Below are positions 15,876-24,635 of a stretch of DNA of 64,000 bases, in pieces (the stretch's first letter is position 1; every line of letters starts with the position of its first letter). A program made the position numbers and the translations under genes. Source of the stretch: Armatimonadota bacterium (GTDB taxonomy: Bacteria > Armatimonadota > Fimbriimonadia > Fimbriimonadales > GBS-DC); the NCBI GenBank assembly GCA_037444405.1, contig JBBIML010000015.1:30303-94302 (forward strand). Direction: 5' to 3'. Under the pieces are notes generated by a model. The model was not told the origin of the DNA, searched no databases, and saw only the letters and a list, made by a program, of their open reading frames with translations.

Positions 15876-18161
15876 ATGTTCGGAGGCAGTATCACAGGCA
15901 TCAACTTTGCCGGGCTGGCGTCGGGCATCGACACGGAGGCGATTATCCAGAAGATGATCGAACTCCAGTCGCGCCCGCTCCAGCGGCTGCTGGTGCGCAA
16001 GTCGGAGCTGAGCGCGCGCATGAGCGCGTTCGACCAGTTTCGCGGGCTGGTCAGCAACCTTCAGACCGCTGCCGGCGCGCTCTCTGTCAAAAATGCCTTT
16101 AATCTCATTCGTGCCACTTCGTCCGATACGCAGGTGGCGACCGTGACGGCATCGACCGACGCGCTGCCCGGCACCTACGAGCTGCGCGTCAGCAGGCTCG
16201 CGCAGGCGCATAAGATTATCAGCGGCGCACACACCTCTGCCACCACCGAACTGGGCGCATCGGGACAGTTCATGGTGAACGGCAAGATTATTGAGGTCAA
16301 CCCCAGCGACACGCTGACCACCATCGCCAGCAAGATCAACGCCGCGAATGCGGGCGTCACAGCGTCCATCCTGAACGGCGATAATGGGCAGGTGTTCCTG
16401 ACGCTTACCGCCACCCGCACGGGCGCAGAGAGCCGAATCCAGCTCGCCGATGTCGGCGGCTACAGCATCATCGTACCCACACTCAAGCTGGTGAGCTACG
16501 CCGAGTTCATCCGCAACCAGCAGGGCAACGCTGCCCTCTCCGAACGGTTCACCGATTCGGGCACGCCCCTCGGCACGCTATTCCAGATGAGCAACCCCAC
16601 CAGCGGCACCATCCAGATTAATGGCGTCGATGTCAATATCGATTTCGCGACCGACAGCCTCAACACCATCGCCAGCCGAATCAACAGCGCGGGCATCCCG
16701 GGCGTCACAGCGTCCGTGGTCAGCGAAACAGTCAACGGCACAACCTACTACCGCCTCAAGATCGAAGGTGACAGCGGTGTGCCCACCTTCACCGATAATA
16801 ACAACATCCTCAAAAATCTGGGCATTCTGCAGAACCAGTACGAGCGCGAGCTGGTGCAGGCGCAGGATGCCGAGTTCAGCGTCGACGGCATCACCTTCAG
16901 ACGCAGCTCCAATCAGATCACCGATGTGATCCCGGGCGTGACGCTCAATCTGCTCAGCGCGGACGCTGCCAACCCCAAAACGGCAACCATCACCCTCTCG
17001 CGCGATTACGACGGCATCAAAGGCTCCGTCAACAACTTCATTAACGCTTTCAACAGCCTTGTCGACTTCATCAAGCAGAACGCCTCGTTTGACAAGGAGA
17101 CCCTTCAGGGCGGCATTCTGTTTGGCGACACAACGGTTGGTCTGGTGCATGACACGCTGGTGCGCAAGATTACCGATGTGGTGCAGGGTCTGGACGGCAC
17201 GCTGCGGGCGCTCACTCAGGTCGGGGTTCAGCTGGGTCAGGACGGCAAGCTCACGCTGGACGAAGGCAAGCTGATGCAGATGCTCAATAGCGATTTGACA
17301 GGCGTGAGCCGCCTCTTTATTGCGCATGGCGCCGCCACGAACGCGCAGATTGTGTTCGTGTCGGCGACCGACGCGACGCGCCCTTCGCCCGCGACGGGCT
17401 ATGAGGTGGTCATCACGCAGGTGGCAACCCGCGCCACCGCCAGCGCCAGCATCGCGCAAACGGGCGCCAGCACCACCGAAGAGCGACTCACCTTCAGCGG
17501 ACGACTGTTCGGCGATGAACCCTACACGCTGGTCATCCCGGCAGGCAGCACCATCGACGACACGATTGCCCGCATCAATAGCGATGCCCGCCTCAAGAAT
17601 CTGGTGGTTGCCAGCAAGGATAGCGACGGCAGGCTGGTGATTCAGGCGCGCAACTACGGCTCGGCGGGCAGCTTCACTGTCGTCTCGGACCAGGAAGCCA
17701 GCGCGACCAACTCCGGTATCGGCACCAGCCCCATCGAGGCGCAGGGTCAGGATGTGGCGGGCACCATCAACGGCGAACCCGCCACGGGTCAGGGGCAGTT
17801 CCTCACGGGCAACAGCGACAATCCGAACACGGCAGGGCTGCAGATTCGCGTGCTGGCGACCGCGCCCGGCACCTACGGCGCGGTCATCTTCACGCGCGGC
17901 GTCGCCGACCAGGTGCGCCAGTACGCCAGATCGATCACCGATATTGTGAACGGCGACCTCACGCTGGCGACCAACACGCTCAAGGAGCAGATCGATGCCA
18001 TCGACGAGCAGATGCGGAGCATTCGCGAGGAGATTAGCCGCCGTGAGCAGATGTTGCGCCAGCAGTTCGCCCGACTGGAGAGCGCCCTCAGCCAGATGCA
18101 GTCGCAGAGCATGCGACTCGCGGCGATGATGAGCGGTATGCCCATTCTGCGAGCCGCGTGA
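15876..18161 (+). CDS. fliD: flagellar filament capping protein FliD (hook-associated protein 2), unusually long at 761 aa
   Basis: N-terminus GINFAGLASGIDTEAIIQKMIELQSRPLQRL. C-terminus QQFARLESALSQMQSQSMRLAAMM. GGAGGGAG SD. Confidence 0.92.
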   Translation: MFGGSITGINFAGLASGIDTEAIIQKMIELQSRPLQRLLVRKSELSARMSAFDQFRGLVSNLQTAAGALSVKNAFNLIRATSSDTQVATVTASTDALPGTYELRVSRLAQAHKIISGAHTSATTELGASGQFMVNGKIIEVNPSDTLTTIASKINAANAGVTASILNGDNGQVFLTLTATRTGAESRIQLADVGGYSIIVPTLKLVSYAEFIRNQQGNAALSERFTDSGTPLGTLFQMSNPTSGTIQINGVDVNIDFATDSLNTIASRINSAGIPGVTASVVSETVNGTTYYRLKIEGDSGVPTFTDNNNILKNLGILQNQYERELVQAQDAEFSVDGITFRRSSNQITDVIPGVTLNLLSADAANPKTATITLSRDYDGIKGSVNNFINAFNSLVDFIKQNASFDKETLQGGILFGDTTVGLVHDTLVRKITDVVQGLDGTLRALTQVGVQLGQDGKLTLDEGKLMQMLNSDLTGVSRLFIAHGAATNAQIVFVSATDATRPSPATGYEVVITQVATRATASASIAQTGASTTEERLTFSGRLFGDEPYTLVIPAGSTIDDTIARINSDARLKNLVVASKDSDGRLVIQARNYGSAGSFTVVSDQEASATNSGIGTSPIEAQGQDVAGTINGEPATGQGQFLTGNSDNPNTAGLQIRVLATAPGTYGAVIFTRGVADQVRQYARSITDIVNGDLTLATNTLKEQIDAIDEQMRSIREEISRREQMLRQQFARLESALSQMQSQSMRLAAMMSGMPILRAA

Positions 18162-18170
18162 AGCCTGCGG

Positions 18171-18192
18171 GGGCAGACCAGTGTGTCTGCCC
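18171..18192 (+). other. 8-bp GC hairpin between fliD and fliS
   Basis: GGGCAGAC cagtgt GTCTGCCC. No T-run follows, so it is more likely an mRNA processing or stability element than a terminator. Confidence 0.3.
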
Positions 18193-18218
18193 GACACCTA
18201 TCCTAAACGGAGGAACTT

Positions 18219-18644
18219 ATGTACGGTGGCGTGAACGGACAGCAGCGCTACTTGCAGACGGCGGTGGAGACGGCGCATCCCGCCCGACTGGTGGTGATGC
18301 TCTACGATGGCGCGCTCCGCTTCCTCAACCATGCCATTGAATCCATCGAGCGGCGCGACCACGAACAGCAGAACCTTTACCTGCAGAAAGCCCAGCGCAT
18401 CCTGGGCGAGCTGATCAGCAGTCTCGATTTCGCGCAGGGCGGCGAAATCGCCGAGAACCTGTTCCAGCTCTACACCTATCTCTACAACCAGCTGGTGCAG
18501 GCGAACCTGAACGACGACGCGGCAAAGGTGCGCCACGCGATCGCCCTGCTGAGCGAGCTACGCGAGGCGTGGGACACCATCGCGAGCCAGGTGGAAGCCC
18601 CACTCCAGACCTGTGCGCCAGGGAAGGTGCATCTGCATGGCTAA
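18219..18644 (+). CDS. fliS: flagellar export chaperone FliS
   Basis: YLQTAVETAHPARLVVMLYDGALRFL...NLYLQKAQRILGELISSLD...GGEIAENLFQLYTYLYNQL. Confidence 0.92.
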   Translation: MYGGVNGQQRYLQTAVETAHPARLVVMLYDGALRFLNHAIESIERRDHEQQNLYLQKAQRILGELISSLDFAQGGEIAENLFQLYTYLYNQLVQANLNDDAAKVRHAIALLSELREAWDTIASQVEAPLQTCAPGKVHLHG

Positions 18645-18975
18645 GAGCCTGATTGAGACCCTGCTGGACGACTTCTGGCTGTTGAGCCTGTCGCTGGAGC
18701 AGGCACTGCAGGAGGACGACTGGGATCAGGTGGTGGGGCTGCTCCAGCGTCGGGAGGAGGTGCTGCGCACGCTGGAGTGCCTGGAGCCAGACCCGGCGTG
18801 GCTGCCCAAACTGCGCCGCGCCCTCGAAGTCGACCACCGCTGCCAGCAACTCATTCAGCGCAAGCAGCGCGCCCTGCTGCTCGAGCTCGAAGAGGAGAGC
18901 CAGCAACGCCGCTGCAGCGAGCATTACCGCCCCAACCCCTGCGAACCACCTACCCGCTTCGAGCAGGAGGGTTGA
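18637..18975 (+). CDS. small helical protein in the FliT position (FliT-like chaperone candidate)
   Basis: 112 aa. The ATG overlaps the fliS stop (ATGGCTAA). Helical, acidic, in the fliD-fliS-fliT order known from Bacillus and enterics. No sequence motif recognised. Confidence 0.45.
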   Translation: MAKSLIETLLDDFWLLSLSLEQALQEDDWDQVVGLLQRREEVLRTLECLEPDPAWLPKLRRALEVDHRCQQLIQRKQRALLLELEEESQQRRCSEHYRPNPCEPPTRFEQEG

Positions 18976-18976
18976 G

Positions 18977-19141
18977 TACAGGGTCGGGGCGCTTTCCAGG
19001 CGATACTGTCCCTGCGCGTTGATGCGCAAAAAACGGATGCCAGCCCAGTGCCACAATCCGCTCAAACCGCCACGGGGCGTACAGCCCCCGATCGCCACAC
19101 ACCAGCACCGTCCAGTCGGCTGGAATGCTCCCGTTGGGGGG
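18977..19141 (-). pseudogene. IS4-family (DDE) transposase remnant, frameshifted
   Basis: One minus-strand frame gives PNGSIPADWTVLVCGDRGLYAPWRFERIVALGWHPFF. After a shift at the T/A run (19028-19033) the next frame reads FLRINAQGQYRLE. ADRGLYA..WLF..I..LGWHPFLRIN is a pattern I recall from IS4-type transposases. No start, no catalytic core and no inverted repeats seen. Confidence 0.45.
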
Positions 19142-19152
19142 CTAATAAAGGG

Positions 19153-21957
19153 TCAGGCGTCGGGGTCGGTGAGGGCGAGGTCAGACAGTGGGTCGGCGGT
19201 GCGGGTCAGGATGGTGCTGGCGCGTGTGCGCTCGTCGCGCACCACATAGAGCGTGCGGTCCGCCGCCTCGTTGATCTCCTCAATATGCGAAATGATGAGA
19301 ATCTGTTCGAACCAGTCGCGCAGGTTGTTGAGCAGCATCAGCACATTCTGGCGGCGGTCGGTGTCCAGTGAGCCGAACACCTCGTCCAGAATCAGCAGGG
19401 AGAGGGGCTGACCCGCGCGCTCGGTGATGAGCCGCGCGAGCGCGAGGCGCATGCAGAGGTTCACGATGTCCTGCTCGCCTCCGGAGATGACCGCCTTGCG
19501 CATGCCATCGTCCATCAGGTGGAAGCGGTACTCCTCGTCCAGCTCCAGCTGGGTGTAGCGCCCGCCCGTGAGGTGGGTGAGGAACTCGGTGGCGTAGCTG
19601 GCGAGCATCGGGCGCAGCCGCTGGTTCAGCTCGGTGCGGAACGCCTGCATCGCCTTGCGCACCGTTTCATAAAGCAGCTGCTCCCCGCGTCGGCGCTTCA
19701 ACAGCTCCTCGCGTTCCTGAATCTGCTGGAGTTGCTGTTCGAGCATCTGCAGGTGCTGTTGATGGCTCTGTCGGGTCGCCTGCAGGGAGGCGAGCTGGTT
19801 CTCCAGCTCACGCAGTTGCGCTTCAGCGCTGGCACACCGTTCCAGGGCTTGCTCGTACGCTCCGGGTGAGAAGGCGAGCGCCTGCAGCTCCTGCTGGGTT
19901 CGTTCAAGCTGAGCCTGCACCTCTTCTTGCTCACGCCGGGCTTGCTCGATCTGTTCGCGCGTGGGTGCTTCCTCTTTGAGGATGGTGTTGAGCTGGATGG
20001 CTTCTTCATAGAGGGGCTGGAGCTGCTCGGCTTCGGTGCGCAGGGTTTCGTGTTCGATGGGATTGTAGCCTTCGGGCAGGCTGGCAAGCTGCTGCTGAAG
20101 TTTGCGGAGTTCGTCCTGACGCCCTTCCAGCTCGTTCTGGAGGCGGGGTTGCTCTTTGAGCTGGATGCTCAGCTCGTTCGCCAGTTCCAGCTGGGGCTGG
20201 AGCTGCTGGAGTTGCTCGTTGAGAGCCTGCTCGCGCTGGGGGTCATAGAGCGGGATGGCTTCAATTCGGCGCTGCAATTCACGGCACTGACGCTGGAGGG
20301 TGGGCTGTTCGGCGAGCTCGGCTTGAATCTGGTCGTGGCGGGCGCGCAGTTCGGCAAGCTGCTGTTGAAGCGAATCGCGCTCTGCCATCACCTGCTGGAG
20401 CTGCGCCCGATACGCCTGGAGCAGCTCTGGCTCCTGCTCCAGCGACTGGCACCGGGCGAGCTGGCACTGATAGGCGTCCTGCTCGCTTCGCAGGTGTTGC
20501 TCCAGCTCGTGGCAGATGCGCTGGTAGGCGTCGCCGAGCGGTTGACCGCAGGTGGGGCATTCGCTCGCCTCGCCGAGCGCGTGCAGCTCGTCCAGCCGCT
20601 GCTGGAGTTCCTGCAGGCGAGATTGCAGCAGTTTCAGCTGTGATTCGGCGTCGGTGCGCTGCTGGCGCCACTGCTGGCTGAGCTGATCGATCTGCCGTTG
20701 CAGTTCGTCGCGTTGCGCTTCACGCTCGCTCATCTGTGATTCGAGCTGGGCAATCTGCGCCTGCAGGCTTTCGGCTTGCTGCTGGCGTTGCTGGAGGGTG
20801 TCGAGGCGGGACTGGAGGGTCGCCAGCTCGTTTTCGAGGCGAGCGCGTTCGGCGGCGCGGGCGGCTTGCTGGCGCAACGCGCTCAGCTCCGCCTGAATCT
20901 GGTTCGCCTGCTGGATGACAGGCTCCAGTTGCTGCAGCTGGTGCGCTTTTTGCTCCAGTTGCTGCAGCTGGCTCTGGAGCCGCTCGATATGCGACAGGAG
21001 CTGTTCGATGGCGGCGGTCAGCGCGGCGCGTTGCTGTTCCGCCTGAGCCAGTTCGTTCAGTTCCTTCAGGCGCCGTTGCACCTCGCGATAGCGTTCGAGG
21101 TCGGCTCGAAGCTCCTGAAGGCGTTTTCGGGCTTGCTGAATCTGGTTCCAGCGCGTGCGCAGTTGCTCCAGCCGTTCGTCGATGCTGGTCTGCTGGTTCT
21201 GGAGCTGGCGGAGCCGGTTCTGGAGGTCGTCGTGGATATGCTTTTTGAGTTCGGCTTCGCGTCGTTGCTGGGCGAGTTGCTCGTATTCGGCGCGGGCGGT
21301 GATGAGTTGCGCTTCGATACGGGCGATGTCGCGCTCGCAGGATGCAAGCGTCTGGCGTGTCTGCTCGATCTGCTGTTGCACGAGTTCGCGGTCGCCCAGC
21401 CCCTGCTGAAGCCCTTCGATTTCCGCGCCGAGCTGCTTGGCGCGCTGGGCGATTTCGTCGATGGCTTTCGTGATGCGTTCATAGCCCAGCATGCGGCTGA
21501 TTTCCTCGCGGCGGCGTTCAGGCGCGTAGCTCATGAACTCCAGCTCCTTCTGGCGGGCGCAGAAGCTGGTCTGGAACTGGTTGAGGGTCATGCCGAGCAG
21601 GTTCAGGATGGCTTCGGTGGTGGGGCGTGTGCCCCGCGCGAGCGTCTGGTGGACGCCGTTCTGAATCTGGGTCAGCACGGCGTCTTTGTCGGTACGCACC
21701 ACCTGATAGAGTCGGGCGCCGAGCTGGAAGTCGAGTCGCACCTGCACGCGCGTGCCGCCCTGCGACCACATGAAGCGTAGGGTGTCGGCGGTGCCGCGGG
21801 CGGCGTTGGCGCCGTACAGCGCCCACAGGATGGCTTCCACGAGTGTGGTCTTACCTGCGCCGTTGGCGCCCACAATCGCCGTGATGCCCGTTTCGAACGC
21901 CACCGCCGCGCGGGCGTATTGCCGAAAGTTCTCCAGCTCCAGCTCCAGCAGTCGCAT
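19153..21957 (-). CDS. sbcC: SbcC/Rad50-like SMC-family ATPase with a zinc hook
   Basis: MRLLELELENFRQY...IVGANGAGKTTLVEAILWALYG (Walker A). Long Q/L/E coiled coil. CPTC hook at 20548-20559. Signature ISGGEQDIV. Walker B LLILDEVFGSLD. H-loop ILIISHIEE. Confidence 0.85.
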   Translation of the reverse strand: MRLLELELENFRQYARAAVAFETGITAIVGANGAGKTTLVEAILWALYGANAARGTADTLRFMWSQGGTRVQVRLDFQLGARLYQVVRTDKDAVLTQIQNGVHQTLARGTRPTTEAILNLLGMTLNQFQTSFCARQKELEFMSYAPERRREEISRMLGYERITKAIDEIAQRAKQLGAEIEGLQQGLGDRELVQQQIEQTRQTLASCERDIARIEAQLITARAEYEQLAQQRREAELKKHIHDDLQNRLRQLQNQQTSIDERLEQLRTRWNQIQQARKRLQELRADLERYREVQRRLKELNELAQAEQQRAALTAAIEQLLSHIERLQSQLQQLEQKAHQLQQLEPVIQQANQIQAELSALRQQAARAAERARLENELATLQSRLDTLQQRQQQAESLQAQIAQLESQMSEREAQRDELQRQIDQLSQQWRQQRTDAESQLKLLQSRLQELQQRLDELHALGEASECPTCGQPLGDAYQRICHELEQHLRSEQDAYQCQLARCQSLEQEPELLQAYRAQLQQVMAERDSLQQQLAELRARHDQIQAELAEQPTLQRQCRELQRRIEAIPLYDPQREQALNEQLQQLQPQLELANELSIQLKEQPRLQNELEGRQDELRKLQQQLASLPEGYNPIEHETLRTEAEQLQPLYEEAIQLNTILKEEAPTREQIEQARREQEEVQAQLERTQQELQALAFSPGAYEQALERCASAEAQLRELENQLASLQATRQSHQQHLQMLEQQLQQIQEREELLKRRRGEQLLYETVRKAMQAFRTELNQRLRPMLASYATEFLTHLTGGRYTQLELDEEYRFHLMDDGMRKAVISGGEQDIVNLCMRLALARLITERAGQPLSLLILDEVFGSLDTDRRQNVLMLLNNLRDWFEQILIISHIEEINEAADRTLYVVRDERTRASTILTRTADPLSDLALTDPDA

Positions 21958-21963
21958 GGCGGG

Positions 21964-22602
21964 CTATTTGCGGGTTGCGGGCGGATTCGTTGGGGGCACT
22001 CGCCCTTTCGGCGCCGGCATGGGGGCAGGTTGCGAGGGCGGAGGCTGGGCTTGCCACACAGGTTCGGGCACGATGATGGGAGTGGCAGCCGAAGGATAGA
22101 TGACAAGCTCTTTGCCGTCGCGGATACCCTTGCCGACGCCCATCATCTCGAAGCTACCTGCGCCCCGAAAGCTGACCTCCGCTTCGGTGAGCGAGGCTTT
22201 CATCGAGTCGTATTTGCCCTGGATGGTGAGCATGCCCGTGCCATGAAAGACCCGGAACCGCTGGTTGATGGGTGGGTTCAGGCTGACGCCGCGCGGCAGC
22301 TGCTTGAGTTCGCGGAAGCCCTGCGCGCGGATTTCGCCCTTCAGGTCGCCGACAATCACGAAGCCGTGCCCCTTGATGGTGAGCGTGCCGTCCGCCCGTG
22401 AGAAGAACTTGATACCCGTGCCCTTGAGGGTGAAGGAACCCGTTTTGGGTGCCGGGTTGCCGGGCGCAGTTTGTTTGGGAGCGGATTGGGTGGGTTTGTT
22501 GTTCGGGGCAGGTTGCGCCGATTTGGGACGCGCCGACGGCTGCTGCGCCCCACTCAGCGCCAGCGTTAGCATCAGACCGCTCATCAGTGCCGTTGTTCGC
22601 AT
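21964..22602 (-). CDS. secreted protein of unknown function (beta-rich core, Pro/Gln-rich linkers)
   Basis: Signal peptide MRTTALMSGLMLTLALSGAQQ. AGGAGGG SD. Stop is 6 nt before the sbcC ATG. Confidence 0.6.
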   Translation of the reverse strand: MRTTALMSGLMLTLALSGAQQPSARPKSAQPAPNNKPTQSAPKQTAPGNPAPKTGSFTLKGTGIKFFSRADGTLTIKGHGFVIVGDLKGEIRAQGFRELKQLPRGVSLNPPINQRFRVFHGTGMLTIQGKYDSMKASLTEAEVSFRGAGSFEMMGVGKGIRDGKELVIYPSAATPIIVPEPVWQAQPPPSQPAPMPAPKGRVPPTNPPATRK

Positions 22603-22617
22603 AATAATCCCTCCTGT

Positions 22618-23562
22618 TCATTCCTCGCCGTGCTGTGCCAGCCAGCGTTCGGCATCCAGCGCCGCCATACAGCCGGTGCCCGCGGCGGTCACCGCCTGAC
22701 GATAGACCCGATCCATCACATCGCCGCAGGCGAACACGCCCTCGACGCTGGTGTGCGTGCCGTTGCGCACCCTGATATACCCCAGTTCATCCATCTCCAG
22801 AATGCCCTGCAGAAAATCGGTGTTGGGCTTGTGTCCGATCGCAATAAACACGCCGTCGATGGGGAAGTCGTACTCTTCGCCCGTTTTGAGGTTATGCAGG
22901 CGCACGCCGACCACCTTGCCCAGATTGGGGTCATAGATGTCGCGCACGACGGTACTCCAGATGAACTCGATTTTGGGGTTGCGGAAGGCGCGCTCCTGCA
23001 TGATTTTGGAGGCGCGCAGTTCGTCGCGCCGATGCACCACATAGACGCGCTCGCAGTGGTGAGTGAGGTAGAGCGCCTCTTCCATCGCCGTGTCGCCCCC
23101 GCCGACCACAATCACGCGCTTGCCGCGGAAGAAGAAGCCGTCGCAGGTGGCGCAGGCAGAGACGCCATGCCCCTTGAGCTTCTCTTCCGATTCGAGACCG
23201 AGCCATTTGGCGGAGGCGCCCGTGGCGATAATCACCGCACGAGCGCGATACTCGTTCCCTGCATCGCTCCAGAGTCGGAACGGTCGCTGACTGAAATCGA
23301 CGCGGGTGATGGTCTCGTACAGCACGCGGGTGCCGAACCGCTCTGCCTGCCGACGAAACAGCTCCATCAGTTCGGGTCCCTGAATGCCGTCGGGGAAGCC
23401 CGGATAGTTCTCGACATCGGTGGTAATCATCAGCTGTCCACCGGGCTGGATGCCCGCGAACAGCAGGGGCGATAAGTTTGCCCGCGCCGCATAGAGCGCA
23501 GCCGTGTAGCCCGCCGGTCCTGAACCGACAATAATCAGCTTCTCAACGCCTGTGGTCTCCAT
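22618..23562 (-). CDS. trxB: thioredoxin-disulfide reductase
   Basis: [19 protein letters not shown], redox-active [24 protein letters not shown] 23562 preferred over the track GTG at 23565. Confidence 0.95.
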   Translation of the reverse strand: METTGVEKLIIVGSGPAGYTAALYAARANLSPLLFAGIQPGGQLMITTDVENYPGFPDGIQGPELMELFRRQAERFGTRVLYETITRVDFSQRPFRLWSDAGNEYRARAVIIATGASAKWLGLESEEKLKGHGVSACATCDGFFFRGKRVIVVGGGDTAMEEALYLTHHCERVYVVHRRDELRASKIMQERAFRNPKIEFIWSTVVRDIYDPNLGKVVGVRLHNLKTGEEYDFPIDGVFIAIGHKPNTDFLQGILEMDELGYIRVRNGTHTSVEGVFACGDVMDRVYRQAVTAAGTGCMAALDAERWLAQHGEE

Positions 23563-23570
23563 CACGACCG

Positions 23571-23576
23571 ATTTTA
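23571..23576 (-). promoter_or_regulatory. -10-like TAAAAT 8 nt upstream of the trxB ATG (leaderless candidate)
   Basis: Minus strand reads caggTAAAATcggtcgtgATGgag. Confidence 0.4.
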
Positions 23577-23650
23577 CCTGATGGCGCGAGGGTGTCTGAA
23601 AAGCCCCAAAACCCGTAAATCTACTGGCTCGATTCGGCGGCGTTCTGATT

Positions 23651-23656
23651 TATAAT
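23651..23656 (+). promoter_or_regulatory. -10 box TATAAT about 175 nt upstream of the PEP-CTERM gene
   Basis: Reads ctgattTATAATggatcg. No good -35. Confidence 0.3.
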
Positions 23657-23734
23657 GGATCGAAAAGGGCTTTCCTGACCCATCGGTCAAAAAGCCTGTC
23701 CGCTTTTGGGCATCTGCCGAGTCATTAAAAAGCG

Positions 23735-23758
23735 GGTGAGGGAGAGTGGCACTCTCCC
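23735..23758 (+). repeat. GGTGAGG motif plus 7-bp hairpin GGGAGAG/CTCTCCC (loop TGGCA)
   Basis: Same layout as 6495-6533 and 56658-56696, followed by TGCGG. Confidence 0.3.
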
Positions 23759-23761
23759 TGC

Positions 23762-23792
23762 GGGCAGGGTTGCAGCTGAATGGGCAGGGTTG
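23762..23792 (+). promoter_or_regulatory. direct repeat GGGCAGGGTTG x2 with 20-bp periodicity (possible regulator binding site)
   Basis: Copies at 23762-23772 and 23782-23792, 40-70 nt upstream of the ATG at 23831. Confidence 0.3.
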
Positions 23793-23830
23793 TCCCGCCC
23801 AAAACGCTCATTGAGGAGGTCTATGAGGCT

Positions 23831-24523
23831 ATGAAAGGCTTGAAACGGCTTACAACAGGCGCAATCCTGGCGCTGATGATGGCTGGCGTGAGCGCGCAGC
23901 CCTACAGCGTGGATGGAAACGACTGGCTCATCGATATCACGGGTAGCCTGATAGTGACGGGAACGATATCCACTACTATCGCCATTAATGTTAATGATCA
24001 GTCGCTCACCGTCAACCAGAGCGGGAACGACTTCGACGGCAATTTCGACGACTTCTCCCTGCCACTGAGCTTCCCACCCTATTTCAGCACGACCTTGCCA
24101 GGTGGCTTTTTCACCATAGGCGGCAGCGATGGTGTGAAAGCCTATAAGTTCGAGCCAGGTCCCATCGTGATTCCAGCAGGCACCATACCAGGGATCAACT
24201 TCGATATCCGCCTGAGAAATATCACTCTGAATGTTGCGGGTCTCATCACGGGCGTCAACCCAGCGATAACCGATTCCTGGGGCGAGCGTGTGTACGAGAT
24301 AACCGGGATACCCTCCACCGATCCCTGGTCTCAGAATCCCGACACATCCTGGGGCACGATTGCCGACATCGAGGCGCGCATTGGCACATGGATTCGAATA
24401 GGTGAAGCCCGGTTAGATGTGGACTACTGGCAGATGTTTCGTCCCGTTCCGGAGCCGGCGAGCCTGCTGGCGCTCGGTGCCGGGCTGACCGGGCTGCTGG
24501 GTCTGCGTCGTCGAAAGCGCTGA
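23831..24523 (+). CDS. PEP-CTERM sorting-domain secreted protein
   Basis: Start at ATG 23831 (GAGGAGG upstream). Signal peptide MKGLKRLTTGAILALMMAGVSAQP. C-terminus VPEPASLLALGAGLTGLLGLRRRKR matches PEP motif + TM + basic tail. The gene looks more A/T-rich than its surroundings by eye. Confidence 0.85.
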   Translation: MKGLKRLTTGAILALMMAGVSAQPYSVDGNDWLIDITGSLIVTGTISTTIAINVNDQSLTVNQSGNDFDGNFDDFSLPLSFPPYFSTTLPGGFFTIGGSDGVKAYKFEPGPIVIPAGTIPGINFDIRLRNITLNVAGLITGVNPAITDSWGERVYEITGIPSTDPWSQNPDTSWGTIADIEARIGTWIRIGEARLDVDYWQMFRPVPEPASLLALGAGLTGLLGLRRRKR

Positions 24524-24543
24524 TGCCTCCTCTCTCTTTTCCG

Positions 24544-24584
24544 CAGGAAGCCCTCGCCTCAACAGGTGAGGGCTTCCTGTTTCG
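24544..24584 (+). terminator. intrinsic terminator after the PEP-CTERM gene
   Basis: 12-bp stem CAGGAAGCCCTC / GAGGGCTTCCTG (24544-24555 and 24568-24579) followed by TTTCG. Confidence 0.65.
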
Positions 24585-24635
24585 CACGGAAATCCCTGCC
24601 TGTACCCTCCCTCGGCAAACGGGTATTCTTCAAAG

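Noticed and set aside
16578-18197. 539-aa minus-strand ORF
   Set aside because: It is entirely antisense to fliD, which has unmistakable FliD N- and C-terminal motifs.
19153-21957. SbcC-like ATPase as the core of an SMC-type defence system (Lamassu/Wadjet-like)
   Set aside because: No LmuA/LmuC or JetA/B/D-like partners or any nuclease gene are adjacent. Motifs and length fit housekeeping SbcC/Rad50. The flanking genes are trxB and a secreted protein.
23747-23761. Sigma-54-like element TGGCAC-N5-CTGC (GG-N10-GC spacing) upstream of the PEP-CTERM gene
   Set aside because: The TGGCA is simply the loop of the GGGAGAG/CTCTCCC hairpin belonging to a recurring module. The -12 element is CTGC rather than TTGC, and no enhancer-binding protein is nearby. 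It is kept only as a remote possibility, testable by TSS mapping.
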